From Candidatus Thorarchaeota archaeon (GTDB taxonomy: Archaea; Asgardarchaeota; Thorarchaeia; Thorarchaeales; Thorarchaeaceae): a stretch of 64,000 nucleotides of DNA. The translations under genes were made by a program, and so were the position numbers. The notes beneath the pieces are model-generated. The model made no database searches, had not been told where the DNA came from, and saw nothing but the letters and a program-made list of their open reading frames with translations. The stretch's first letter is position 1. Every line of letters begins with the position of its first letter. Below are positions 48,913 to 57,489 of this stretch, piece by piece. Location: contig RDOC01000004.1 of the NCBI GenBank assembly GCA_011364985.1, positions 32,001 through 96,000 of the forward strand, read 5' to 3'.

Positions 48913-49842
48913 TTGTTTCTTCCACTCATGTTGGACAATATCCGCAAGAACAAGTGCGATTCCTAGAAGTATTACGCAGAACCCAGTGAAGGCTAATGTC
49001 CGGGGAATCTCTGAAGGGCCAATGAAGATAATGGCTAGCAGTGTTGCGCCAATTGGTTCTCCTAAGACAGCCGAAGACACAACATAGGCAGGAACCAGAG
49101 TCAATAGGTAGTTGTTGACCGAATGGCCCAAGGCTGTTGGGAAGATTGCCAATGCCAAGAAAATCGCGATTTCGCTGGGTTCAAGGACAATGAAATTGAG
49201 ACCCATCGGAATTCCAAAAAGGAGACTGACCAAGGCCGCCACAAAGTAGACGATAGAAGTGTAGACAGTTATTGGAATCCCCTGCGCATACCTCCGTCCC
49301 CCAATGAAATACACTGCAAGAGTGAATGCACTTAGAAGAGCCAGCATATCACCATGAACGGCTCCAAGACCTTGTGTCACAAGGTCATCCCACGCAAGAA
49401 TCAATGCTCCTGAAACGGCTATGAGAACTCCAGCCCAAGATTCTCTTCGTAACGACTCTCCTAAGACCATGGTTGAGATAATCGCAGTGAAAATTGGTGA
49501 TGTATTAACAAGCACAACACTGGCAGCCACAGTGGTTTCGAAGAGTGATGTGAACCATGTTGAGAAATGAAATGAGAGCACGGCACCAATCGCCACTAGC
49601 CAGGGCCAAGTTCTTTTTACTTGCGCAATCCGAGTTCGAGCAAAATCACCACGAATTGCACCCACGCTGGCCATCAGAATTGCACCAAGCAGAGTTCGCC
49701 AGAAGACAATGACTAGAGGTGGAGAAACGCTGAATTTTATGAGAACGCTCGCACTGGACACCATTGATACTGAGAGCACAAGAAGGGGTAGTACTTTCGA
49801 TCGGTTTGTTGTTTGGTCAATCTGCAGTGGGCCCATTCGCAA
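48883..49842 (-). CDS. DMT/EamA family transporter
   Basis: About 10 TM helices, two EamA halves, LGEPIGA. Confidence 0.9.
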   Translation of the reverse strand: MRMGPLQIDQTTNRSKVLPLLVLSVSMVSSASVLIKFSVSPPLVIVFWRTLLGAILMASVGAIRGDFARTRIAQVKRTWPWLVAIGAVLSFHFSTWFTSLFETTVAASVVLVNTSPIFTAIISTMVLGESLRRESWAGVLIAVSGALILAWDDLVTQGLGAVHGDMLALLSAFTLAVYFIGGRRYAQGIPITVYTSIVYFVAALVSLLFGIPMGLNFIVLEPSEIAIFLALAIFPTALGHSVNNYLLTLVPAYVVSSAVLGEPIGATLLAIIFIGPSEIPRTLAFTGFCVILLGIALVLADIVQHEWKKQLSLDDSNGT

Positions 49843-49852
49843 TCCTCACTCA

Positions 49853-50341
49853 TCAAGAAATTCTTTTTCCGCACCGGACACACCAGTATATGTCATTCTC
49901 TCTCGCTGCAATATGGGAAGGGCATCCAGAGCATTTCTTGAGAACTAGCTCACTGAGGTTCATAGATTGAAGAATCGCCGCCACTTCATCCACAGACGCG
50001 TATTCAAAAATGGCGGAACCGGAGGCTCCAATTACCATTTTGGACAAGTACAATTCATCCTTACGGTGAAATAGGATAAGCGGCTTCTTCAATTCTATTG
50101 CTAACATAATCTCCATGCCAACACCATGGGAAGGATCTGATATCTCTGCGATCACCATACTCGATTTTCGAAGGGCATCAACATCCCTTCGGTAAATGAT
50201 TGTCGCATCTGCTGGAGGAAGAAACTGAGGAGCGAATACCTCAACACTGCGCAATTGAAGAACTTCAATTACTGTCTTGTAGAAGGCATCTTTCCGATTC
50301 TCAGAAATTATTATCGGACCAGACAGATATGCAAGAACCAT
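49853..50341 (-). CDS. Nucleoside 2-deoxyribosyltransferase/DNPH1-like protein with C-terminal Zn ribbon
   Basis: YLSGP, IYRRD, PSHGVGME; CSGC...CVRC. Confidence 0.82.
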   Translation of the reverse strand: MVLAYLSGPIIISENRKDAFYKTVIEVLQLRSVEVFAPQFLPPADATIIYRRDVDALRKSSMVIAEISDPSHGVGMEIMLAIELKKPLILFHRKDELYLSKMVIGASGSAIFEYASVDEVAAILQSMNLSELVLKKCSGCPSHIAARENDIYWCVRCGKRIS

Positions 50342-50375
50342 TGAATCTCCCCTCTCACTTCTGATGTGCCAGCAT

Positions 50376-50735
50376 TCATTCGTCGGTTTGGGAGGACTGA
50401 GACATAGTACTTAGTTCTGAAATTGATGGCAATGTCCCGTCATCATCGACTATCTCCAACTTTCCTGACCGACCAAGTGATAACTGTATTTTTCCTTGCC
50501 ACTCTTTTGCCCAGCCATCACGGATTCTGGCAATCATGCCAGCGGATATATCGGATCCTTCTCCAAACCCCCATAGACTCAAAATGACTGTTCCAGTATC
50601 ATCAGCGACTAGTACCTCGGTCAGTTGTGTCTTGCGACCTCCTCTTGTTTGGACTATGCGAGGTGGAGCAACTGATACAACACGAACGACTACTTCATCG
50701 ACATTTGTACCGGCTTCAATTTCGTTTATTTTCAT
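50376..50735 (-). CDS. ssb: Single-OB-fold ssDNA-binding protein
   Basis: ADDTGTVILSLW, KEWQGKIQLSLGR, acidic tail. Confidence 0.85.
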   Translation of the reverse strand: MKINEIEAGTNVDEVVVRVVSVAPPRIVQTRGGRKTQLTEVLVADDTGTVILSLWGFGEGSDISAGMIARIRDGWAKEWQGKIQLSLGRSGKLEIVDDDGTLPSISELSTMSQSSQTDE

Positions 50736-50839
50736 TCTTGTAACCTCGCTGTATTAGAACCAGAATGGACATCCTTGCTAGAGAAGCATTAGCAAATCAG
50801 TCTTGCCCCTTTGCAAACATGAAATCGGATGATAGTGGA

Positions 50840-52723
50840 TTATTCTTGCGAATCGGATTTCGTTTCCTTGGCTTTTCGATCAAGTATCGCGTCCAGTTCT
50901 GTAATTGTGTCAGTATCCAAGTCACGTGGTCTATTATCAGCTTCCTCGGATCCATTTTCCCGGGAATCATCTTCGTGTTCTCCGAGGGCCAAGGTAAGCT
51001 CCCGCTTGGTTTCTTCATCTATGCTGCTTGTAGTATCAGGCTCATCTTCAAGCGGGAGCACTTCCTCGCTTGAAAAGGCCTCTAGAGCGGTACCTATGTC
51101 CTCTTTCGATACTTCCTCAATTGCCGCCGATACTAAGTCGTCAGCTTCGAGTGCCTCCGCTATTAAATCCAAGGCCATTTTTGTACCATTTTCATTGGGA
51201 ATAGATGGCATTTCTGGTCGAGAAATCTCGGTTGTACCTGCGCTGAATTCTCCGTCTTTGATTTCAGATTCTTCCTGACCTTCCATGATTTCCGCCTCTT
51301 CATCATTCCCCGATTCTGCAGGACCAACTGCAATTACAGCCGCTTCTGCTTCTTCTTCCGCTGAGTCTATTATGGATTTCTCGCCTGTTTTCTGAGATCC
51401 ACCAAAGTCAATTTCCACTGATGAAACATACTGAAAGGCGTCTTTGTCTCTTTCAGAAGCAACCTTAAGCTGAAATTCTGGTGCCTCATCGATGGCTATG
51501 GCCAAATGACTTTCCTCACCTGTAACTGGTGCTTCCTCAGGTTTGGAAGGAGGCTTTTTGATGGTCCCTAGAGATTCGATGGAATCTAGCGCTTCAGCGA
51601 AATCAGAATCGGAAAAGACATCTTCAATCTCTTCCACCACTTCTTCAACAATCTCATACTCATCTGAATCTTCAATGATATGGCCATTTTCGTCAACGAA
51701 AACCTCTTCAACGACCTCAATGGTTTCGAATTCTGAACTTACTTCCTCTTCCGCTTCTAGTTGTCGTACACGGGCATCAACTTCGGCAATGGCTTCCTCG
51801 GCTGCTTCGTCGGCAAATCGAAGGAGCTGCTTCGCAGGGAGATCAGGAAGAGTAACACCAACATAGTGAGCAGCAGCGTCCATGAGAATTCTCAACATCT
51901 CGTCACGTCTGCTCTTGTCAATAGCCACCATGCTGTATGTTGGAACACCCAAGATCTTCTGGACAACTTCTGGTTTCATGACGTTGGGCTTGTCCTGTTT
52001 GTTCGCAATGGCAAAGACAGGAACCTTTGGCGCATCACGACGAATAAGTTTCAAGATATCCTTGCTGATGATTACATTCCGTAGTGATGAATCGCAGACC
52101 AAGAAGATGACGTCTGCACCATGGAAGTAGAAGCGCCAGAGCTTTCGAAATCGTTCCTGACCAGCAAAGTCCCAGAGCACAAGGGAGTAGTTGCCAAACT
52201 TGATGTTTTCAACGGTTTCAAGATTCAGTGCAATTGTTGGCACGTATTGGGTAGGGGGCGTGTCACCAAGTAGCAGGTGAAGTGTAGTTGTTTTACCAAC
52301 CCCGCCCTCTCCAACAAGTGCAATCTTTAATTTCGTTGTGACTGATGACTCGATAATTGCAGCAAAACTGTCAATTGCTGCCTTGAGACCCTCCCCTGAG
52401 ATGTATTTCCTCAATGCAGCAGCTCCATTCCTCAATCTGTCCGTAGTAGAACGCTCATCTTCTCGGGTGTCGGTGACAAATACCAGGAGTAGATCCCCAA
52501 CCACATCAGCTGCCAGAAACTTATCATCCTCAAGAATCAGTGGAAGCTCCTGGAATTCATCTCCCGAAGCCGACTTGATTTCTTCCCTCGTTGACAGAAA
52601 CTCCTGTAATTTGCTGTCTTCAGTTTCTATGGGCCAGTATTTGGTTTTCGCAATAATGGCACCGGTCGAAGGTCGCACGAGGTATGTGTTTATGATCATG
52701 GGATTCTCACCAGCCATTATCAA
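50840..52723 (-). CDS. Longin-like domain plus Arf-like small GTPase plus long acidic tail
   Basis: GEGGVGKTT, PTIALN, WDFAGQERFRKLW, NKQD; N-terminal 125-aa alpha/beta domain; E/D-rich C-terminal half. Confidence 0.85.
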   Translation of the reverse strand: MIMAGENPMIINTYLVRPSTGAIIAKTKYWPIETEDSKLQEFLSTREEIKSASGDEFQELPLILEDDKFLAADVVGDLLLVFVTDTREDERSTTDRLRNGAAALRKYISGEGLKAAIDSFAAIIESSVTTKLKIALVGEGGVGKTTTLHLLLGDTPPTQYVPTIALNLETVENIKFGNYSLVLWDFAGQERFRKLWRFYFHGADVIFLVCDSSLRNVIISKDILKLIRRDAPKVPVFAIANKQDKPNVMKPEVVQKILGVPTYSMVAIDKSRRDEMLRILMDAAAHYVGVTLPDLPAKQLLRFADEAAEEAIAEVDARVRQLEAEEEVSSEFETIEVVEEVFVDENGHIIEDSDEYEIVEEVVEEIEDVFSDSDFAEALDSIESLGTIKKPPSKPEEAPVTGEESHLAIAIDEAPEFQLKVASERDKDAFQYVSSVEIDFGGSQKTGEKSIIDSAEEEAEAAVIAVGPAESGNDEEAEIMEGQEESEIKDGEFSAGTTEISRPEMPSIPNENGTKMALDLIAEALEADDLVSAAIEEVSKEDIGTALEAFSSEEVLPLEDEPDTTSSIDEETKRELTLALGEHEDDSRENGSEEADNRPRDLDTDTITELDAILDRKAKETKSDSQE

Positions 52724-52837
52724 GAAGTGGAATACAGACCCAAGCCTATTCTTGTCCCAATATGGATTAAAACATATTCAGGGTAGACCCGTTAGGTCCA
52801 TTATTCCACTTATAGAATATGAAGACGGCATAACACA

Positions 52838-53144
52838 TTCGGATAGAGATTTTCAGCCAAGAAATGAGGGGGGACGCAGAGTTCCGCCAGAGCAGCACTC
52901 CGCATCCGTCGTGCCTTCAAGCCGAACGCACAACAGAATTCAGTTATGTGCAAGTCTCGTTTGCAAGGGGATTCATCCCCTCGGAAGCAAAGCTCCGAGA
53001 GTCCAATGCTAGAACTCGTGAATAGGGACCGTGTGTTGCGAATTCGAGTTCTTATGACGGGGAATTGCACGTTCAGCCTATGCTGAAGGCATTCGTTCAA
53101 AGGAAAGACAGCATAAGAAGATTTCTGGTCCCCGATATTCCGAA
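52838..53144 (+). ncRNA. Candidate ~300-nt structured RNA (copy A of a shared motif)
   Basis: Nested stems ttcgga/tccgaa, gtgccttca/tgaaggcat, gtgcaa/ttgcac, tctcgtt/gacgggg enclosing three hairpins; TTATA box at about 52810. Confidence 0.55.
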
Positions 53145-53255
53145 AAGACGTTTCATAGAGTGCAAGGCTAGTCCAAAAAAGACTCTAATGTTTCTTGTCT
53201 TGTGAAAAGGAGAGGGGTCGAACCATTTGGCCTAGCCTTGCGAAAGAAAGCAAGG

Positions 53256-54410
53256 CTACCTCGGGAAATTGTCCCTGAGTAATCTGAGATGATGGTGGAC
53301 CATCTCCATGGCCCTCGGGTCATCAGGATCCTTTTCCAAGTCTGTCACAAGGGTCTGAAGGAAGTATTCTGGGAAGAAGAGCCGTACTCTGATATCATTA
53401 AGCAGGAACAGCCATTTATCGTATTCGCCAGAGGGCCCCTTTCGTCTTCTTTCTGATACTACTCTGAACTTCTTCAAGTTCTGAATGGCCTCCTTAAGCT
53501 CCTTTGGCGGAATTCCAAGAGTCGCCTCCAACTCTGAGATGTTTACAGGGCGCCTTCTTAACTCACTGAGTACATCATAGCTGTCTGGGTCTGCAAGAAT
53601 CTGAGCCACTGAAACGGTGTCCTCAGGCGTTTTCTGCCATTCTGTGAGAAATTCAAGGACTTCAGATTTATATTCGGCAGCAAGTTCGGGGTCAAGTATG
53701 GAGCTGGCAGCTTCCATTGCGAGCAGAGGAGGCGCACGAAATACCTCAATGTCCTTGATCATAAAGATGCAGGTTCGGCCAATCTCATCGACCCATTCCG
53801 CTTTCACGAGTCCAAGTTCTTCGAATGGGGAGAGAATGGAATCCACGCTCACACTAGGAAGACCGGTTACCATCTTGAGCCACTCCTCCAAATCCTCTTT
53901 CGAGATTCCACCCTTCCAGAGTTTCGGAAAGACTGCACGGGAAATTTCGTCAGAGAATAATCGTGCCAATCTTGACTCATCCGTCATTCCAGCTAGACGG
54001 ATGATTCTTCGGTATGTATTATCAAGTTCCGTTTGAAACTCGGCATCTGTCATTGAAACAACAGCATTGGTCAATGGGGAAACGATAGAAGTAATGGCAG
54101 CCTCATAGGTCTTGGGATCTTCCGACGGTGTAAGCAATAAAGAAACGCAATATTGCTCTTCCTCTCTGACGATTCCAGTGTAATAAGAGGCCACATTGTA
54201 CTCCTCACCCCCAATTCTAACGCTCAGCGATGAGAATCCAGCAGTGGCATCACCCATGGCATGAGAGGTGAAGATACGCATAATCTCCGTGTTAAGATCT
54301 TCCCTGTAGTAATCTGCAAAATCGGATGGAACCTTTGCTTTTAACACAGCACCGATCTTACTATCCCAGTCAATTAGGAGCATCGCGACAGGCATTTTCC
54401 TTCTCTCCAA
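53256..54410 (-). CDS. Longin/uDENN-like domain plus tandem winged-helix protein
   Basis: N-terminal LLIDWDSKIGAVLKAKVP; two wHTH-like segments ending FEELGLV and LKKFRVV. Confidence 0.75.
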   Translation of the reverse strand: MERRKMPVAMLLIDWDSKIGAVLKAKVPSDFADYYREDLNTEIMRIFTSHAMGDATAGFSSLSVRIGGEEYNVASYYTGIVREEEQYCVSLLLTPSEDPKTYEAAITSIVSPLTNAVVSMTDAEFQTELDNTYRRIIRLAGMTDESRLARLFSDEISRAVFPKLWKGGISKEDLEEWLKMVTGLPSVSVDSILSPFEELGLVKAEWVDEIGRTCIFMIKDIEVFRAPPLLAMEAASSILDPELAAEYKSEVLEFLTEWQKTPEDTVSVAQILADPDSYDVLSELRRRPVNISELEATLGIPPKELKEAIQNLKKFRVVSERRRKGPSGEYDKWLFLLNDIRVRLFFPEYFLQTLVTDLEKDPDDPRAMEMVHHHLRLLRDNFPR

Positions 54411-54512
54411 TCCCTACTTGAGGCAGCCCTGTTTCATTAGGTTTCGCGCTGTCGTACTAAAAAACCTTGTCACTAGGGGATTCGCACAATAATGAAAAGG
54501 GCATTTAACACA

Positions 54513-55175
54513 TCAGTTCTTACCTCTTTCGAGGTGTTTTTCATTGCCAATATACCTTATGATTTGTTGTAACACATCAAAGTAGACAACCTCAAGGTCT
54601 CTTGAAGCATCCACTAGGACAAGATTTCCAGTATCACGTTCAACCATCTCAAGATACGCCTGCCGAACACGCAAAAGACGATCGTACTGCTCGAACTGCT
54701 GGTTCAGGTCCTCCTCTCTTCCGCCAATCCGCCTTAGTCCAATTTCAACTGAAACGTCCAGGATGAAGACCATATCAGGTTCGGGCGCATGAATCTCCTC
54801 TCGATTTCGCTTCAGAATATCTTCCCATGGAATACCGGTACTAGTGGTCTGATAGGCTCCTGTCGCAAAGAAGTATCTGTCCATTATGACGACCTTGCCT
54901 TCGGCCAGAGCTGGAGATATTCGGTTCTTGGCATTCCATTCCCTGTCTTTGATGAAGAGAGTCAGTTCCTCGTCCGGAGTCAACTCGCCTTTTGGTGACC
55001 TTAATCTAATCTCTTGACCCCATTTGCTTTCGCTTGTTGGTTCTCTAAGGTGGATCACATGCACACCTTCTTTTCGCAGGGCTTCTACAACCATGAGGCA
55101 AACCGTAGTCTTCCCCGAACCATCAATGCCCTCTACTACAAAAAGATAACCAGTTCTACCTAGGTCGAAATTCAA
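54513..55175 (-). CDS. tmk: Thymidylate kinase
   Basis: EGIDGSGKTT, REP, MDRY, AYQ, PD. Confidence 0.95.
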   Translation of the reverse strand: MNFDLGRTGYLFVVEGIDGSGKTTVCLMVVEALRKEGVHVIHLREPTSESKWGQEIRLRSPKGELTPDEELTLFIKDREWNAKNRISPALAEGKVVIMDRYFFATGAYQTTSTGIPWEDILKRNREEIHAPEPDMVFILDVSVEIGLRRIGGREEDLNQQFEQYDRLLRVRQAYLEMVERDTGNLVLVDASRDLEVVYFDVLQQIIRYIGNEKHLERGKN

Positions 55176-55345
55176 CTACATTTGACTCCTGCATTATTGA
55201 GCAGCTAGTTTCGAATCTATGAATGTAATAGGTTCATCGGTAATACGGTAATACCGGGATACTGACAATTCCTGTCCATACAATACTTATTAGTCTCTGT
55301 AGAGAAGATAGATTGAGGACCCAGGGGATCTATTGTCTATGTGAG

Positions 55346-55521
55346 ACTGGGGCACGTGAAGTGGAAAATCGGTTGGGCATCCCTCCCATGTAACCAACTG
55401 CGATAGCGACTTGCGTCCAACCGCGTTCGTTCTTAAGATCCCCTTAAGCGGGGGATGGTCCCCTTGCAGAGTTCTTATGCCCTCGATCCACAAGTCACGT
55501 GTCATCCTCTTATCGCCCAGT
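55346..55521 (-). ncRNA. Candidate structured RNA (copy B of a shared motif)
   Basis: actggg/cccagt, cacgtga/tcacgtg, gtgg/ccac, gggcat/atgccc enclosing TGCAA-GGGGaccatCCCC and two more hairpins; strand not certain. Confidence 0.5.
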
Positions 55522-55562
55522 GCGCTTTACACCTTACAATCCAATGAGATTCGGACAATCAG

Positions 55563-55598
55563 TTTTATATAGGAGATAGGATAGGATAACCTATCCTA
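55563..55598 (+). promoter_or_regulatory. TATA box plus perfect palindromic operator, DtxR-box-like
   Basis: TTTTATAT at 55563-55570; taggatagg-ataa-cctatccta at 55577-55598. Confidence 0.6.
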
Positions 55599-55609
55599 CG
55601 GTGTTGTGG

Positions 55610-56113
55610 ATGAGAACATATCTTTGCATAACCTTGATGCTTGCCATTATTCTTCAATGCGTTTCGGCAGTGTCCACAGTGGCAGTGACCCAAAATGATG
55701 GGTCTTACTTCTTGTCCAGCAACAACTTGACCTTGAAGGTAGACTTTGGCAATGGAACAGTTCTCAGCTTTCAGAATCTGAATGGAAGTGATGTCTATAA
55801 TGTCACGAATTCTGCTACAGATGTTGAGGTTGAGTGGTATGGGGATTTGGTCTTTGTTACATCCATTGCTGGGGTATCTAATGATCCTGATGCAGGCCTA
55901 TGGTGGCAATACTGGGTCAATGATGAACTTGGATCAGTAGCTGCAAATAAGTATCAAGTGAATAATGGAGACCTCATCGAATGGAAGCGTCTAGATCCCG
56001 GAACCACATCCATTGCTCCAAGTAATGGATTGATCGAAGGGATAGTAATTGTAGGAGCGTTTGGAATTGCTTTCTTGCTAATTCTGATGATACTAAACAG
56101 GAGAAGACAATAA
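55610..56113 (+). CDS. DUF4430 (transcobalamin C-terminal-like) membrane-anchored protein
   Basis: FVTSIAGV, WWQYWVN, AANKYQVNNGDLIEW; signal peptide and C-terminal TM. Confidence 0.8.
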   Translation: MRTYLCITLMLAIILQCVSAVSTVAVTQNDGSYFLSSNNLTLKVDFGNGTVLSFQNLNGSDVYNVTNSATDVEVEWYGDLVFVTSIAGVSNDPDAGLWWQYWVNDELGSVAANKYQVNNGDLIEWKRLDPGTTSIAPSNGLIEGIVIVGAFGIAFLLILMILNRRRQ

Positions 56114-56860
56114 TTGAAATGCAGAAAAATACTCACCATATTCCTCTTACTACAGATCATGGCGCTATCTGTGGCTGTGGCATCTACGAACTACTATGAA
56201 GCTCTATCTCCCACATTAACAGAGCGAACAAGATTGTCATGGAGTGTGCTTGAAAGCCCCTCTGTTGCAGTTGAGTGGGGATGGAGTGGAGAAGGTTCTT
56301 GGATTATAGGTGAAGGAGAAGAAGTCTCATTTCTCGTTCAGAGGATTCATGATGATGTGGAAGGACAGCTGACTCTTGGCAATTTCTCGATACTGGCGAA
56401 TAATACGGACATTGCAAGAGAACTCGTCTTTGGAATCTGGGGTCTACCACCCTTCTTTCCTGGCCTAGTTGTAGAAACTGGCCAGAGTAGCATGAACAAA
56501 TTAAATGAAACAGCATACGCTTCAGCAGAGAGAGTATCCGGAAATTACCTCAATGGAACCATGGAGTCATCATATAACCAAGTTATAATTGGTGAAACGA
56601 CATACAATTGTATCATATTCAATTATGAGCAAGACCCAACTGGTTTTAGTGAACCCCAAATCACGGAGCTTGCTTATGACCTAGACACCGGAGTCTTGGT
56701 CAGAGCTAATACAAGCTATTCCTTTGGAACACCATACATATTGACCTTGGAACTTGCGTCGATAGCTAAAGAACCATCTCAGTTTACAATCCTACTATTG
56801 GCAGGAATATCGGGAATCATTGCCCTAGTTGTTGTGATGATTCTTCTCAAGCGGAGATAA
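56114..56860 (+). CDS. Secreted, C-terminally anchored hypothetical protein
   Basis: Signal peptide, beta-rich body (YDLDTGVLV), TM plus KRR. Confidence 0.7.
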   Translation: MKCRKILTIFLLLQIMALSVAVASTNYYEALSPTLTERTRLSWSVLESPSVAVEWGWSGEGSWIIGEGEEVSFLVQRIHDDVEGQLTLGNFSILANNTDIARELVFGIWGLPPFFPGLVVETGQSSMNKLNETAYASAERVSGNYLNGTMESSYNQVIIGETTYNCIIFNYEQDPTGFSEPQITELAYDLDTGVLVRANTSYSFGTPYILTLELASIAKEPSQFTILLLAGISGIIALVVVMILLKRR

Positions 56861-56874
56861 ACGGGGGAATAAGA

Positions 56875-57462
56875 ATGAACGATTCAAGTGCAAGGAAGAA
56901 GATTAGTCCAAGTCGATGGATTTCCATTGCATCAATGATGACTGCCCTTGCACTTGTAGGGAATTATGCGTTTGTGGCAATTCCAAATGTAGAGCTCGGA
57001 TCAACAATACTGCTCATAACGTCGTATATTTTTGGGTTCAAGATGGGAATTTGGGTCACCCTAATAATGGCAGCGATTTTTGGCTCAATCAATCCTTGGG
57101 GAACTCTTATTCCTCAGATATGGATTACCCAAGTCATTGGTTGGATCTATATCGCTCTCTCCGGGGGAATCATGAGCAGGAATCTTGATACAAGGTTGAC
57201 AGATCGATGGAGTCCATTCGAGTTTGGAGTTGTGGGTCTCATTGCTACTCTCTTTTTTGACCTTATAACAAACATAGGATACTCCTGGGCGTTTTCTGTA
57301 CCTTTTTGGATAGCACTTGTTTTGGGGTTGCCATTCTTACTGATACATGTCACTTCGAATATGATTCTCTTTGCAGCTGCAATACCTAGGATTAGTTCGA
57401 TTATCGGAAAGCAGTTTGCTCCATATATCTGGCAAACAGACGAACTACTGAGCGAAGAGTAA
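56875..57462 (+). CDS. ECF transporter S component (CbrT-like)
   Basis: AxxxAL first helix, IPNVE, about 5-6 TM, HVTSN near the C-terminus. Confidence 0.78.
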   Translation: MNDSSARKKISPSRWISIASMMTALALVGNYAFVAIPNVELGSTILLITSYIFGFKMGIWVTLIMAAIFGSINPWGTLIPQIWITQVIGWIYIALSGGIMSRNLDTRLTDRWSPFEFGVVGLIATLFFDLITNIGYSWAFSVPFWIALVLGLPFLLIHVTSNMILFAAAIPRISSIIGKQFAPYIWQTDELLSEE

Positions 57463-57489
57463 AAAGACAAACGAATACTGGTGTAGTGA

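Noticed and set aside
52338-53012. 224-aa plus-strand ORF and the 96-aa ORF at 52810-53100
   Set aside because: Antisense shadow of the GTPase gene and overlap with the structured region; no protein-like motifs
52860-53100. RNase P RNA (AGTTCCGCC, CAACAGAA, GTGCAAG, AGTCCAATGC occur in the expected order)
   Set aside because: No GAGGAA start of CR-I, no UGAAAC, and no 3' ACAGAA-GGCGG strand to form P4; resemblance is partial. A cmsearch should still be run.
52838-53144. SRP (7S) RNA, suggested by ~300-nt size and paired ends
   Set aside because: No helix-8 CAGG...GGAA...AGCA motif on either strand
52900-55520. Composite transposon bounded by the two inverted RNA-like elements
   Set aside because: No transposase, little sequence identity outside the short core, no target duplication seen, and the cargo includes housekeeping tmk
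55300-55560. Cobalamin riboswitch upstream of DUF4430/ECF genes
   Set aside because: No GGGAA junction, T-loop P4, GCAACUG or B12 box found; a separate TATA lies downstream of the structure
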